In this document: piece after piece, positions 33,932 to 57,500 of the stretch
Numbering within the stretch: position 1 is the first letter of the stretch
Layout of the letters: every line of letters begins with the position of its first letter
From: Eledone cirrhosa
Lineage: Eukaryota
DNA: 64,000 nucleotides
NCBI GenBank assembly: GCA_964016885.1
Contig: OZ024756.1
Coordinates: 15,934,001-15,998,000 of the forward strand
Direction of reading: 5' to 3'
Notes under the pieces: generated by a model
What the model was told of the DNA's origin: nothing
What the model saw: the letters and a program-made list of their open reading frames with translations, nothing else
Database searches by the model: none
Program-made: the position numbers and the translations under genes

Positions 33932-34615
33932 CCCGCCGCATCGGTTTTGTCTGAGGCTGGGTCTGGTGTGCAAGGATTGTTTTCTGGGTGTTATTTTGCT
34001 GCGCCGCTCGCCCGCCGGGGTGTTAAGGCTTGTTGCAGGGAGATAAAGTGTACTATTTCACTCTTCATTCTTAACCCATCTAAAGAAGGATATTTTTAAG
34101 CGATGTGTACAACTTATCGCTGTTTCAGCTCTGCTGTTGATGAGCTCGTGGGGTGCAGTTATGATATGGTAGAGCTCCATGAGGCAAATATCGTATTTCC
34201 TCTTGAAGTTGTACGGTGCAGCCCTGCCGACAATCTCCCAGTGCGTGGAGAAGCTGATGTTTAAGTCCTTTAGTGATGTGATGTAGTCCGCGAGCGAAGT
34301 GGAGTGCCTTAGTTTTCTATTTGTGAAAGAGTGGAGATGGTTCGAAACCTAATTTGAACGGGCCGGAGGTGGCCCCTATATAATGTTTAACGCTATTGTG
34401 GCTAGTAATAGTGCATCTATATATAACCCTATCAGTCAAGCAGTATCCTCTAAGGGGGGCAGCGTCTCTGTCGCGGCAGTTGCAATTTCTTGTCGCGGTT
34501 CCGTCTATTTCCCCACGGTAAGGCTATCATTGTGCTGCCTACGTTGTTACCTACGCTACCGCAGCTGTCGTTAGCACAATTACAACCCACAGCACACGGG
34601 ATGGTGCGATTGTTA
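33560..34615 (-). mobile_element. Penelope-like element relic (GIY-YIG), not annotated by the ORF track
   Basis: Minus with frameshifts: [25 protein letters not shown]...HYIGATSGPFK...STSLADYI...HWEIV...ICLMELYHII; stop at 34058-34060; hammerhead downstream. Confidence 0.82.
33703..33742 (-). ncRNA. Minimal hammerhead motif, U3-A8 core variant
   Basis: Minus: gccc TTGAGAA gccc aact gggc GAAA cgtacg TA ggtg. Perfect stem II, palindromic stem III, short stem I. Confidence 0.62.
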
Positions 34616-34616
34616 T

Positions 34617-44330
<9,714 letters not shown>

Positions 44331-44649
44331 GAGATATACTCTCTATATTTCTTTTCAATGGCTGACAATACGTTAGCAGCGATAATGAGGGACAGAGAAC
44401 GGTGGGGAGAACTCGTCATGGATCTCGGGAATTTAACCCGCCCTAGAATATATATATATAGAGAGAGAGAGATACAGACCGTCGCAATAATGGACGGTCT
44501 GTGTCTATATTTTCCGTTTGCTTCCGGTTAAATTTATCAAAACAATGTGGTTTTTCAATCCTCGTAATTTTAGACACACAACTTATTGTTTATTTCTACA
44601 TATATTATTATATAATTGTTTGATCAAAATTAGAAACAATTATATAATA

Positions 44650-44841
44650 ATTGCTTCTACTTTTGGCACAAGGCCAGCAATTATCCCACAGTGTATTACT
44701 GGTACTTTATTTTATCGACCCCGTAAGGATGAAAGGCAAAGTTAACCTCGGCGGGATTTGAACTCAGAATGGCAAGGGCCGTAACTCTATGCGTCAAAGC
44801 ATGGCGTCCGACCCTCTACGATACTGCCAATCCACCACCCT
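44650..44841 (-). mobile_element. Full-length Deu/Nin-domain tRNA-SINE
   Basis: Same family as 21898-22088; partial relative at 44861-44955. Confidence 0.85.
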
Positions 44842-45209
44842 AAAAAATGATAATAATAATGATTTCTGCTATAGGCACAAGGCCAGTAATTTTGGGGGGA
44901 GGGGAAAGTCAATTAAAACGACCCCAGTGCGTGACTGGTACTTTATTTTATCGACTCCATAATTATATAATGTTCAGTATTTATACTTTGAGCTTGTTAA
45001 TTACAGGGTATCAATATGAGTTAGTAACTCTGTATTTTATTTGTATTTATATATATATATATATATATATTCTGAAGAGGGCTCAATAAGGAATCTATAT
45101 ATACTCTTTTACCTGTACCAGCCATTTGAGGCCATTTTACCTGTACCAGCCATTTTACCTGTACCACCGGTTGAGGCCATGCTGGGGCACTGCCCTTGAT
45201 GCTACACAT

Positions 45210-46480
45210 TTTATCTCCAGTCTGTATTGGTTGGCCACTGGTGCAAGAGGGAGTTCATTGTTGCTGCCCTTAGGTTTCCCTCGTGCCTTGCTCTGGGCTC
45301 ATCTGGGATCCTGAATAGCAAGGTGTCGAGATGTTTCTTGAAAACATCCACGTCCACACCATGCAGATCTCTCAAATCCCTCAGTAGCTTGTTGAAGAGT
45401 TGAGGGTCTTTGAACCCCAGACTATTGCAGTATCTGCTCCTTGTTCTAGATGTGGAAGATGGGACCTTTGGCACCATACAGTGACGTCCTGTTCAGGGGT
45501 TGGTCCAGCTCCCAATGCCAAAGTTTGGTGCTAGTCTCTCCAGAAGTTTCCACATGTATATCACTGCGTATCTCTCCCGTCTTCGTTCCAAGGAGTAGGT
45601 TCAGTTCTTTTAGCCTCTCCCAGTAGCTTATCTCCTTCCTTGTCGCAATCCGCTTGGTGTTGTTTCGTTGGATTGCCTCAAGCTCCGTGGTTAGTTTGAC
45701 ACTATGGGGTGACCACAGCTGGGAGCAATTGTCCAGGCAGCTTAGGACAAATGTCCTTCATAGTGTCAACATGGTCTCTCGATCTCTTGTCCGGAAAGTC
45801 CTCAAGATCCAGCCAGCGAGTCGTCTGCACATTGTCGCCATTTTCATGATGTGTGAGGAAAAAGATGCATCGTCGCTCATGTCTATTCCCAGGTCTCGTA
45901 TCGATTTCGACACAGGAATTTCAATCCCTCCTGGTCCATTGTAACCGTATTGCACTGTATTTGTGTTTGCAGGTTGGTATTGTAGGGCTTGAAATTTTCC
46001 AGCATTAAACTGCATGTTGTTGTCCTCAGCCCATTTGTATATGGCATCCAGATCTTGTTGTAAAAGGGCAGCATCAGCCGGGTTTTTGATTGCCTGTGCT
46101 ACCTTAGTGTCATCAGCATAGCTAGTGAAGGATGTTGTATGTACTACACAGGGCATGTCTGAGAGAGCCACCAAAATCAGTAGTGGTCCCAGGACTGTGC
46201 CTTGGGGCACCCCACTTGTTATTGATGCTTCCTTTGAGAGGGCCCCATTTTCTGCCACTGTCTGGCTTCTGTCCTTTAAGAAGTCATGCAGCCACTCACC
46301 TACTTTTCCGGTTATGTCGAGTCTGTGTAGTTTGTGACATATCATTCCGTGGTTGCCCTTGTCAAAGGCCTTCGCAAACTCAAGATATATCACGTCCACA
46401 TGTGCGCTGTCTAGCAGTTGTTTCAGTACCCAGTCATAGTGATGTAGCAGCTGTGTAAGGCAGCTTCTTCCTGGGCGAAT
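45210..46480 (-). mobile_element. CR1-like LINE RT fragment
   Basis: DVIYLEFAKAFDK, SGVPQGTVLGPLL, YADDTK, LQQDLD, WAEDNNMQFNAGK, RDLGI. Confidence 0.88.
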
Positions 46481-46929
46481 ATTATATTATATATATAATA
46501 AAAAAGTATATATAAACCCATAGAGCAAATATTTATTATTAGTACAGATTAAGCAAAGTTTAAGCAAAGAATCGCTAGCCTCCAAAGTATTTTAATGGTA
46601 AGGACCCCAGTCCTGTCATGAAAAGGTATGGCTCCAGCCTATTGTAAGAGTTAATCCTGCCATCACCCCACTGCTGAATCATAATTTCTTTTCTGTTGAG
46701 TGAACTGGAGCAATATGAAATAAAGTATCTCTTCAAGAACACAAGGCACTGACCTGTCTTGGAATTGAACCCTCAACTCAATCATGAGACTAACCACTAG
46801 AACACATTCCTTCTCAACTGTGGTACAATAACAATTGACAAATATATTTAAATCTTGGGCAGCAGCTAAAACATGGAATAAACAACAGCTTAAAGGTGGA
46901 ATACAGCCGTATGATCCCGTAACTCTTAA

Positions 46930-47134
46930 CCCTTTAACATTTAAACCGGCCATATCCAGCCAGAATTCTCTCATCTCTCTCTATATAAACCAGCTCTAAT
47001 AAACCACTCATGCTGATGTTAAGGTAATCTCAAAATAAATAACATCAAAATCTCATAGATTCAATATTATGTGAGATAAAGTGTTTACCGTGAAAATATA
47101 ATAGTAAATATAGAGTAATGTAAATGCTAAAGGG
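46930..47134. mobile_element. piggyBac-type MITE, internally deleted copy
   Basis: TTAA|ccctttaacattta...taaatgctaaaggg|TTAA. Confidence 0.8.
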
Positions 47135-47819
47135 TTAAGGGAGTCATAGGGACTCTGTATTAAGAAATAGTGTTTCTAGGGCAGTTTTAAACCTGGCAGA
47201 GACCATCTCCTCTCAAGGTCTGAATACAGCAGATTTCTTCTAGAGAAGGATAGAGAGAATGACAGAAGGGAGGTGAGAAAAATATATAGAGGAAGGAAGA
47301 ATCGACCTCAGTACTAGACTGGTACTTTTTTAACAACTTCAAATGGATGAAAGGCAAAGTTGACCTTGGAGAGATTTGAATTCAAAGAACAGAAAGCCAA
47401 AATCATCATCATCATCATTTTACGTCCGCTTTTCCCTGCTTGCTAGGGTGGGACATCATCATCATCATCGTTTAACGTCCATCTTCCACGCTAGCATGGG
47501 TTAGATGGTTTTGTTCCGTTTGATGTGGGATTGGTCGAGAGACCATGTCTCGCTCGTGCGGAAGTATCTCTGGCAGGTTTTCTACGGCTGGATGCCCTTC
47601 CTAACACCAACCATCTTTATAGTGTGGACTGGGAGCCTTTTTACTGTGTCTCCTACACTTTACAGCATTCTATCAGACGTTCTAACAAGTCTGACAATTT
47701 GCTGCCGCACGACCATATAGAAGAAGTAAAAAAAGACAAATCAAAACTGCAAGCTAGAGGTTCAACAAGACGTAGTTAATAAAATAAGTACCAGACTTTT
47801 AACAAAAAGTAAGTTATTA

Positions 47820-48088
47820 CTGAACTCAAGAGGATTGATTAAATTCTCCCCAGCCGCAGGTTTTATATCGGAGTTATCCCAGTTACCTGAGTTGCCTTCT
47901 CCTAGAAGAATGCCCTGACAAAGGCCAGGGGTCCTTCACTCCCAGTGGTTTAACCATGCGATCGGGTGTCCAGCTCGACTATTTCTATGTCCCCACGCAT
48001 ATACATATACACACATATGTACATGTGTATCTACATATTTACACATTTTTGGATGGCCGTTGACTCTTAGGAGTTCTTCCGCCCTTTG

Positions 48089-48090
<2 letters not shown>
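47820..48090 (-). mobile_element. Element related to the 5' UTR of the LINE at 62230
   Basis: Reverse complement shares acaaagggcggaagaactc.taagagtcaacggc.atccaaaaatgtgtaaatatg with 62349-62405. Confidence 0.6.
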
Positions 48091-48128
<38 letters not shown>

Positions 48129-48579
48129 CATACATACATACATACATACATACACAAACGGGTGTCAAATTATTTCGCATGGATGATGAAATCTTTGAAA
48201 TGCTGTCAGCGATAAGAAAACGGGAGAAACTGTACACACACACACACACACACATGTATTTGTTCACAGCTTGATGACCGCAAATCAGGGTTGTACTCGA
48301 TACCTATCAACTTACAGAATCGGCATAGTTCTAGAAGAGGGCCCTCGCTATTTCGACATCGTTGAGGGTATATATATATATATATATATATATATTAATA
48401 TAGAAGAGCTTCTACAGGACTAGAACTGTTTCATTCATCTGCTATGTATTGAGTACCTTACTTACTGTGGTTACCTCCGATTCAACCCGGAATAACTTAT
48501 CTTATATATATATTATAGTCGCATATATGTTATAGAATACTATTAGCTTCTCGCTAAAACAATCTCTATACCTCTCATT

Positions 48580-48615
<36 letters not shown>

Positions 48616-49034
48616 TCATACTATAGTGTACCAGTAATGTAATTGAAACCCACCGCCTGAGAAAATATCTCATATCGTCAGATTCAGAATACTGGATGGA
48701 GTCTTAGATGTTCTTGTGGTTCCAATCGGAAAGGATTGCTAAATAAAGCATGGTAGAGTTTTCTGGTAGTGTTGTTTAACCCTTGGTCACCACACACACA
48801 CACACACATACACATACAGAGGCATGATGAAAGAAAAATCTTCCACACATGATCATGATTGTTTTTATTCAAACATATCTGAAATCACACGTCAACTGTC
48901 TCTTTCTCTCTACACACACATAATATATATATATATATATATTTATTTATATAACGAAGGAAGTGTGGTAAGGAACCAGGTGAACCATAACGCACCAGAG
49001 TACTCGACACTTAGGGTAAGGAACTAGGTTGATC

Positions 49035-49069
<35 letters not shown>

Positions 49070-49678
49070 TATACACACACACATATATGCACACACACAT
49101 GTAGTGCACCTGAGTACTGTACACAATCATTTCCGCTACTATATATATACACACACACATATATATATATAATGCATATAGTAGGGAGTCGGGTCCTGAC
49201 AGCTGAGCTCTTGCCGCTTCGACAGTAAACTCCACTCTACTATCCCAAGTATTGAGTACTCTGCTGGTATTAGTTTAAAACTGGTAAAATACTTATCTCT
49301 ATATATAATGTGTGTATGTCAAAAAAAGACTAAGATTTGACTTATTTCTTGTAAACCAAACGGCCACAAGACGATTGTCCAAGTGTTGAAGAGTTGTTTT
49401 TTTTTTCATAAACAATGACACAACAGAAAACGTTTCAGCTATGATTCTCTCCGTTATTTTTATTTCAAACAATACAATAAATCTCAAACTATATTTATGG
49501 TCCAGTTTAGCCATCCTTCGTCCTTAAACCGTTTTTAACTTGATCGTACGGTGAAGATATTAGATATAAAATTAAATTATACCTACACTTCACTTTCCTT
49601 AAAGCATGGAATACTAAGTTGAATAATAATGGGTCTTAGTAGTCTTTTAATTAATAACTTCATATCGCCATACATAAC

Positions 49679-49751
<73 letters not shown>

Positions 49752-49893
49752 CTGCCTGTGTATGTGTCCCGGGTTCAATCGTGGGGTAACTACAGTAAGT
49801 AAAGTACTCAATACATTAGCAGAGTATATACAACAAATTTAATATAGAAATGGCTTCTGTAGGACTAGAACTTTCATTCGAAGGAAATCATCA

Positions 49894-49937
<44 letters not shown>

Positions 49938-50226
49938 TGATGATTTATATATTTATATATTGAAAGAAAATAAGATTTGATTAGTATTACTTGCAGTAGT
50001 ACCATGTGTGAAAGACTTGTTACGAACAATGGTACCGGGTTATTTGTCCAACAGAATCGGCATCGGTAATGATATATAAATACACAGACACACACACATA
50101 AATATATTATATATATATATATACGTGTTGTTGTTTTATATATATATATATATACACATATGTATGTACAATTCAAAAATAAACAACAAATATATATATT
50201 TCATCGTCGGTGCCGATTCTTTAGGC

Positions 50227-50259
<33 letters not shown>

Positions 50260-50585
50260 GTGTGTATGTATATATATATATGTGTGTATATATATATATG
50301 TGTGTGTGTGTATATATATATATATGTGTGTATATATATATATATGTGTGTGTATATATATATATATATATGTGTGTGTGTATATATATATATATGTGTG
50401 TGGATGTATATATGTATGTGTCATAAATAGAGATAGAGAGAGATAATTATATAATTATTGTGAAATTACATTTTCTTTTTTTAAATAAAGGGATGAAGAA
50501 ATTCTTCGTACCTAACTAATCATTGCTGAATATAAATGTATATGATATTCCTATTATAATAGTTAAATATAAAATATTAACTTAC

Positions 50586-50668
50586 CGTTTTGTTTGTTAG
50601 TTGTGAAGTGGAATGTTGACTAAATAACCTCCTTTCTGTAAAAGGACGGCAACAACTTTCGGTGCCGG
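50586..50668 (-). other. Possible non-coding (5' UTR) exon
   Basis: Unique sequence bounded by ttttctgtag and a strong cg|gtaag donor, on the OSGIN strand. Does not encode the expected VIIG. Speculative. Confidence 0.25.
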
Positions 50669-51099
50669 CTACAGAAAATTTTATTTATATATAATATATA
50701 TAGAAACCAGTGAACGCACAGCTCACATGGTCTTTGTTTTAAGTCAGTCGATTTAGGTTCGCATCTTAACAGCAGCCACTGCTGTTAACATTTATCTATG
50801 TATGTATCTTGTTTTGTTTTTTCCTGTCATTATTACATCGTTGTGATGTGAAGTGCTGATAATAATAATAATAATAACATATATATTATTATTATTATTA
50901 TTATTATCACAACAAAGTTATATATATATATATATATATATATGGGGGGGGGGGGTAGCCTAAGATGCTTCCATAGGCGGTATGCCGGTTGAGCACTCTA
51001 TGCTCTTACACAGCAGAGTATGATATAATATAAAACGAAAAATCAGTGATGCATCTGTAACACACAATAAATTGAATTTAAATGCATATCAGTTTATTT

Positions 51100-51174
<75 letters not shown>

Positions 51175-51390
51175 GAATATAAATCTAACTTGTAGCCGCA
51201 GTATAGCAGATACTAATCGAATTGTCTGAGACAGTCGCAATGCACTCTATGGTGTGAAGGGATAATACATTTTCACCCAGAGTAAACACAAAAAGTTAAT
51301 AAACTGTGACACCAAGAATAAAGCGACCAAAACATGTTGTCGTAATGTTACATCGATATATACACGTGTATGTACGCGTGTATGTATGTA

Positions 51391-51447
<57 letters not shown>

Positions 51448-51650
51448 GTAAGAAACACAGTATGTCTAAAATTACAAGGGTTGAAAAACCACATTTGTTT
51501 GAAATGTTTAACCAAGATATATATATATATATATATAATGTACCGTTTATTATAATAAATTACCGTTTTAACTTCTCTACCTACTTCTTTCCAGTTTGTA
51601 TATATATATATATATATATATATAGGTTTAAATGGGCTAAGAAAACATAG

Positions 51651-51684
<34 letters not shown>

Positions 51685-52115
51685 GGAGGGGGGGGGGGTA
51701 AAATCCAGACCGCGTCGCCAAGCGGTTTCGTCTTGTTTGTTCAGCAAGCCTTTACGAGGATGTAGCAATGTTTGCAAGGTGTCTAAAGTAGGTTACTTGT
51801 CATGGTAGTGCTGTGGTCAAATTTGTCCTTGTGATTAGCGGACTGATGGAGAGGAAGAAAGATAGGGAATGTATCTAGACAGCCGGTGGGGGGGGGGGGG
51901 GGCAAGAAGAGGAAATAATTGTGACACATGGTTAGCCATTCTTAAAACTACGAGAAATATTGATTTTAATTTATTGCCACACTATTCATGGTTTACTTTT
52001 TTTTTGTGATTTTCTGACGGAGGAGGATGTAATTTTATTTAATTTGTTTACACGACTATTATTGTATGCTTTGTCATACACACAATCTCACTTTTCTCTC
52101 TCTATCTATCTATAC

Positions 52116-52150
<35 letters not shown>

Positions 52151-52430
52151 AGTGTGGTGTGTGTGTTATTAAATAAAGTGACAGGCAGCCAGATTGTTGA
52201 AATTCCTTTAAAGTTTTTTATTTTTGAAAACACTCTATATTTCAATGGCCAATAGAATCCCAGTGACATCATCAGGTGTATTGCATAACGGTCATAAAGT
52301 GCTGTTGGTTAGACAAACAGCCCAGTTCTATCCAGTGGTGAACCAACAACTTCAATGAATAAATATATATATATTTATTTATTTATTTATAAAACTGATC
52401 TATATTTATTTATAAAAATGATCTATATTA

Positions 52431-52495
52431 TATTTTATCTGATGAAAGCACACCATAATTTAACTTGCTGTCCTTGAAATATGTATAATGAAATA
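52431..52495 (+). ncRNA. Diverged solo copy of the 12992 hammerhead family
   Basis: tattttat CTGATGA aag...ctt GAAA tatgta TA atgaaata, followed by the same tail ggttttataaatatagtttccattt. Confidence 0.7.
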
Positions 52496-53134
52496 AATAT
52501 GGTTTTATAAATATAGTTTCCATTTGTTAATATCGTATATATATATATATGCTCAGGCTAAGAACGAAAGACTTGCTTAAGAAGTAAATCCTATGTTCTG
52601 TCGTCAAAAACCATTATATTGCAGACTCCTGCAATAGGAATTTGTCGATCTTGGATTTGCAGAAACTTAGCGCTGATGTTGGATGCTATATGTGATGTAT
52701 ATTGTTGATATACGATGTAAGTTATATATTTTGCACTCAGCCTCACCGTTATATCCGGGTCAGTATAAAATCTTTTCCTGAGTCCTGTATTTTCGTTGCT
52801 CTAGTGATGCGGCTGGACTGCCGACCGCTATATTTGATTTGCTAAGTTGTCTGAACGTAATGTTATTACTCTGGGGTCTTTCCTCATCTGAGTGCTCAAG
52901 CTACAGACCGATTATGCATATACGCTAGCTTGGCCGTATTCTAAAGCTTCGTCAATGCTGTACTAAAATTTATATATATATATATAGTTCTGAACTAGCT
53001 GTTGAAACGACCAGAGCTCAGCCGTCGGGGTCCTGACTCTTTTCTTATTACCCACTCTACTACCCATAGTATCAAGTACTCTGGTGCGTTATGGTCCACC
53101 TGGTTCCTTACCACACTTCCTTCGTTATATATAT

Positions 53135-53533
53135 ATCATCATCATCATCATCATTACGTCCGCTTTTCCCTGCTTGCAAGGGTGGGACGGGTCTTATTCA
53201 GCACAGCATCTCTCCACTCGTCACAGTCCTTCGTCATCTCCACCGTGAGCTTCAATGATCTGAGGTCTGTTCTCACCACCTCCGCCCGTGTTTTTCGTGG
53301 TCTACCTCTACCACGTCTTCCTTCAACTGGCATTTCCTGGCACTTCTTCACCCATCGGTCATCCTCCATGCGCATCACATGTGCATACCACCTCAGTCTC
53401 CTCTCCCATACACTACATTCTATCCCTCTCAGACACAGTTTCTCTCTCAACACATTTATGCTGGGTCGTTCACGCACATTTACACTGCACATCCAACGGA
53501 GCATGCTTGCCTCATTTCTCTCCAGCCGTCGCA
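53135..53533 (-). mobile_element. RTE-clade LINE 3' fragment
   Basis: [15 protein letters not shown]...RLRWYAHVMRM...GRPRKT and (GAT)n tail; flanked by (TA)n. Confidence 0.9.
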
Positions 53534-53753
53534 TATATATATATATATAGTATTAAGGATACTATGTATGGTTATGTATATACTAAAACCTTTTATAGTT
53601 ATATATATTTTAAACCCTAAACAGTGAAAGACAGTAATTTATTACTACCTTATTACCAGTAAGATAAATAGCTCAATGTAATAACATCAGTTGTTCTACA
53701 GAGCAGTTATATAGAAATTACATGAATCAAAGTTCTGTTCAAACCATTTATTA

Positions 53754-53798
53754 GCTTACAATTGTTTCGTCCAAACTGAGGTATGGAGTCTTCGGAGC
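53754..53798 (-). ncRNA. Minimal hammerhead motif, CCGAAGA variant
   Basis: Minus: gct CCGAAGA c tccatac ctca gtttgga c GAAA caattg TA agc. Confidence 0.62.
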
Positions 53799-54402
53799 AA
53801 TTTTTCAATGTTTGACCTCCTTTCCAACACAAGAGACATACAGAAACATATGTATATATCGATGCACAGTCGGTTGATATCCATTATAATATTTTAGCAT
53901 GGCAATTTACATTCAAAGATTAAAATCATATTAAAACAAAATTAAAGTTAAAATACAACATCGGCAGTTTACGAAGATAATGCAAGAGGATAGTTTGAAG
54001 TAGTTAGTGTATGCAATAGTTACACGTGGGGCATGCACGTGTGTCTTATTTATATTAGATTATAGTGCGGCAAGGTGTTATATGGAATACAAGCACTTTA
54101 AGCGGGCAATCAAAAGTATTATGGGGGTTGAATTGGTAAAGTATTTTTTATGTATGATATAGAAGCTTGTGTGCAGAGAAATATTAAAAATGAGAAGCAA
54201 GATAATGTTATGGTTTTCGTATACACCACCATTTTCACAATCCAGGAAACGTAATGTATAGATTATTGTTGATTATGTGAAGGACATATAATCTATATAT
54301 TATAATGGATGTCAACCCACTGTGCATCGATATATACATATGTTTCTGTATGTCTCTTGTGTTGGAAAGGAGGTCATGTATGTAAACAATCATTGAAAAA
54401 TT

Positions 54403-54447
54403 GCTCCGAAGACTCCAAACCTCGGTTTGGACGAAACAATTGTAAGC
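54403..54447 (+). ncRNA. Minimal hammerhead motif, CCGAAGA variant
   Basis: gct CCGAAGA c tccaaac ctcg gtttgga c GAAA caattg TA agc; perfect 7-bp stem II. Confidence 0.68.
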
Positions 54448-54569
54448 TAATAAATGGTTTGAACAGAACTTTGATTCATGTAATTTCTATATATATATAA
54501 ATATATAAGAAAGGGTGTGGTAAAATACAAGGCGGTATATAGATAGATAGATGGATATAGATATTTTGC

Positions 54570-57500
54570 TTGATGCTTACGACAGTAAGGAAGAACGAAT
54601 AGAAACATTCAATATAGAAGAGCATTGGGAGCTCCTGAAAGATAATCTGCTGAAAGCAACAGATGAGATCTGTGTATAGAGCAGGACTACAGAGAGAAAG
54701 CGAGCAACTTGGTGGTGGAACAGTAAGGTAGATGAGACAATTAAGGCCAAGAGACAAGGATGGAAACAATGGAAGAACAGGGGAAGCAGGGTACATTACA
54801 TAGAAGCCAGGAGAGAAGCTAGACGACACGTATACTTTGCAAGGAGGGAAGCAGAATATAAAAAAATTGAAGCATGAAGACGAAAGGCGTAAAGTGTTCA
54901 GGATTGTGAGGTAATGTGTTAGGGAAAATTGTGATGTCATTGATGATAAAGGTGCACTTGCCCTTACAGATGCTGAAAAGAAAGTAGCATGGAAGAGCCA
55001 TTATGAAAGATTACTGAATGAGGAGAATGCATGGATGAAGATAGCCTATTCCAAGTAAACCCTATAGAGGGTCAAGCTGTACAAGTTAGCAACAGTGTAG
55101 TAAGTAAGGCAATTAAGGATATGAAGATGGGGAAGAAAGCACCTGGTCCATTGGGGATAGTTGCTGAGAAGCTGAAAGTATCTGGGTTGGTGGAGTCACA
55201 ACTTAACCACACGTATTGTAAAGCAAGTAATACTAACTAGTGTTATACCAAATGATTAGTACAGCGGCATCATTGTCAACTGTTAAAACCGTAAAAGAGA
55301 TGCACTAGATAGAGAAAACTATAATGGTGTAAAGCTGATGGTCCAGGTCATGAAAGTAACAGAAAGAGTTATGGCACAGCTGATTAGGAACCAGATTAAT
55401 CTAGATGAAACGCAGTTCGGATTTGTGCCATGTAAAAGTAGCACAGATGCTCTCGTCCCTGTGAAGCAGCTACAGGAGAAGTACCTAGCTTTTGTTGATC
55501 TGTAGAAAGCTTTTGACAGAGTCCTCCGTGCCATAATCTGGTGGGCTCTTAGAAAACTAGGAGTAGATGAGTCGCTTGTGAAGGCTGTAAAAGCTATATA
55601 TGGGGGAACAGTCAGGAAAGTTAGGATTAATAATGACTATAGCAAAGAACTTAGTGTGAAGCCACCAGGGCTCTGTTATTAGCCCTTTCCTATTTATTAT
55701 CATTCTCCAGGATATAACAGAGGAGTTTAAGACTGGCTGCCTAGAGCGACTCCTGTATGCAGATAATCTTACAGCTTATAGCTGAATCTATGGCAGAATT
55801 AGAGAAGAAATTCCAAATCTGGAAGCATGGCCTAGAAAGAAGGGGTCTTAAAGTCAACCAGTCAAAGACTAAGGTCCTAGTAAGTAGAAGGGAAAACTGG
55901 CCTTGCTCAGTGTGTAGGAAAAAGCATAGGTAGAAATTCTATCATCTGTTCCAAATGCAAACTATGGATACACAATAGATGTAGTGGGATCTCAGGGTAG
56001 TTTAGCTAAAAATGTAGGTTTTACATGTGACCATAGGAAACAAGCACTATCAAATTCTTGGAAGGTTCTATAGAAGCAATAGACAGCTTCTGCTACCTGG
56101 GTGACCAAATTAGCGGTGGAGGTGGATGTTCGGAAAGTACAGTAGCCAGAGTGAGAATTGAATGGAAGAGGTTCAGAAAGCTACTACCACTGCTAGCTAC
56201 AAAGGGCAGATTGTATGGTGCTTGTATACGAACAGTAATGTTGCATGGTAGTGAGGCCTGGGGACTGTGTGCAGAGGACCAGTGAAAATTGGAAAGAAAT
56301 GAAGCTGGCACGTGTCAATGAATGTATAATAGTAATATACATGTATGGCAAAGCATAAATCAACTGAGAGAGAAACTAGGCATAAGAGGTATCAGATGCA
56401 GTGTGCAGGAGAGGAGATTGCATTAGTATGGACATGTGATGTGTATGAAGGATGACAGCTGCATAAAAGGTGCAGAATGCTCAAAGTCGATGGAAGCCTT
56501 GGAGTGGGGAAACCCAAGAAGACCTGGGATGAGGTGATAAAAGCTGACCTTGCCCAATTGCACCTCTTAAAGGCGATGACACAGGACCAAGATCTCTGGC
56601 ATCACGCAGTAATACAGAGTACCCGACCTCCCACGGGCACAAGCCAAAGCTGAAGCATATATAGAGTATGCCCCACCCCACCCTCCCACTGTAAAGTGGT
56701 CGTGTAGGTGCCACAACAAAAAGCACCCAGTACTAACTGTAAAGTGGTCGTGTAGGTGTCACAACAAAAAGCACCCAGTACTCACTGTAAAGTGGTCGTG
56801 TAGGTGTCACAACAAAAAGCACCCAGTACTCACTGTAAAGTGGTCGTGTAGGTGTCACAACAAAAAGCACCCAGTACTCACTGTAAAGTGGTCGTGTAGG
56901 TGTCACAACAAAAAGCACCCAGTACTCACAGTAAAGTGGTCGTGTAGGTGTCACAACAAAAAGCACCCAGTACTCACTGTAAAGTGGTCGTGTAGATGTC
57001 ACAACAAAAAGCACCCAGTCCACACTGTAAAGTGGTCGTGTAGGTGTCACAACAAAAAGCACCCAGTACTCACTGAAAAGTGGTCGTGTAGGTGTCACAA
57101 CAAAAAGCACCCAGCCCACACTGTAAAGTGGTCGTGTAGGTGTCATGACAAAAAGCACCCAGTCCACACTGTAAAGTGGTCGTGTAGGTGTCACAACAAA
57201 AAGCACCCAGTACTCACTGTAAAGTGGTCGTGTAGGTGTCACAACAAAAAGCACCCAGTACTCACTGAAAAGTGGTCGTGTAGGTGTCACAACAAAAAGC
57301 ACCCAGTCCACACTGTAAAGTGGTCGTGTAGGTGTCACAACAAAAAGCACCCAGTACTCACTGTAAAGTGGTCGTGTAGGTGTCACAACAAAAAGCACCC
57401 AGTACACACTGTAAAGTGGTCGTGTAGGTGTCACAACAAAAAGCACCCAGTACTCACTGAAAAGTGGTCGTGTAGGTGTCACAACAAAAAGCACCCAGCC

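Larger units (their letters stand above)
53708..54493. mobile_element. ORF-less inverted-repeat unit (PLE pLTR-like) with two outward-facing hammerheads
   Basis: Arms 53708-53892 and 54297-54493 are reverse complements with a small indel; spacer about 400 bp. Confidence 0.8.

Noticed and set aside
51700-51775. Hammerhead-like fold on the minus strand (gaaaccgc...gcggtc)
   Set aside because: No acceptable CUGANGA-type core.
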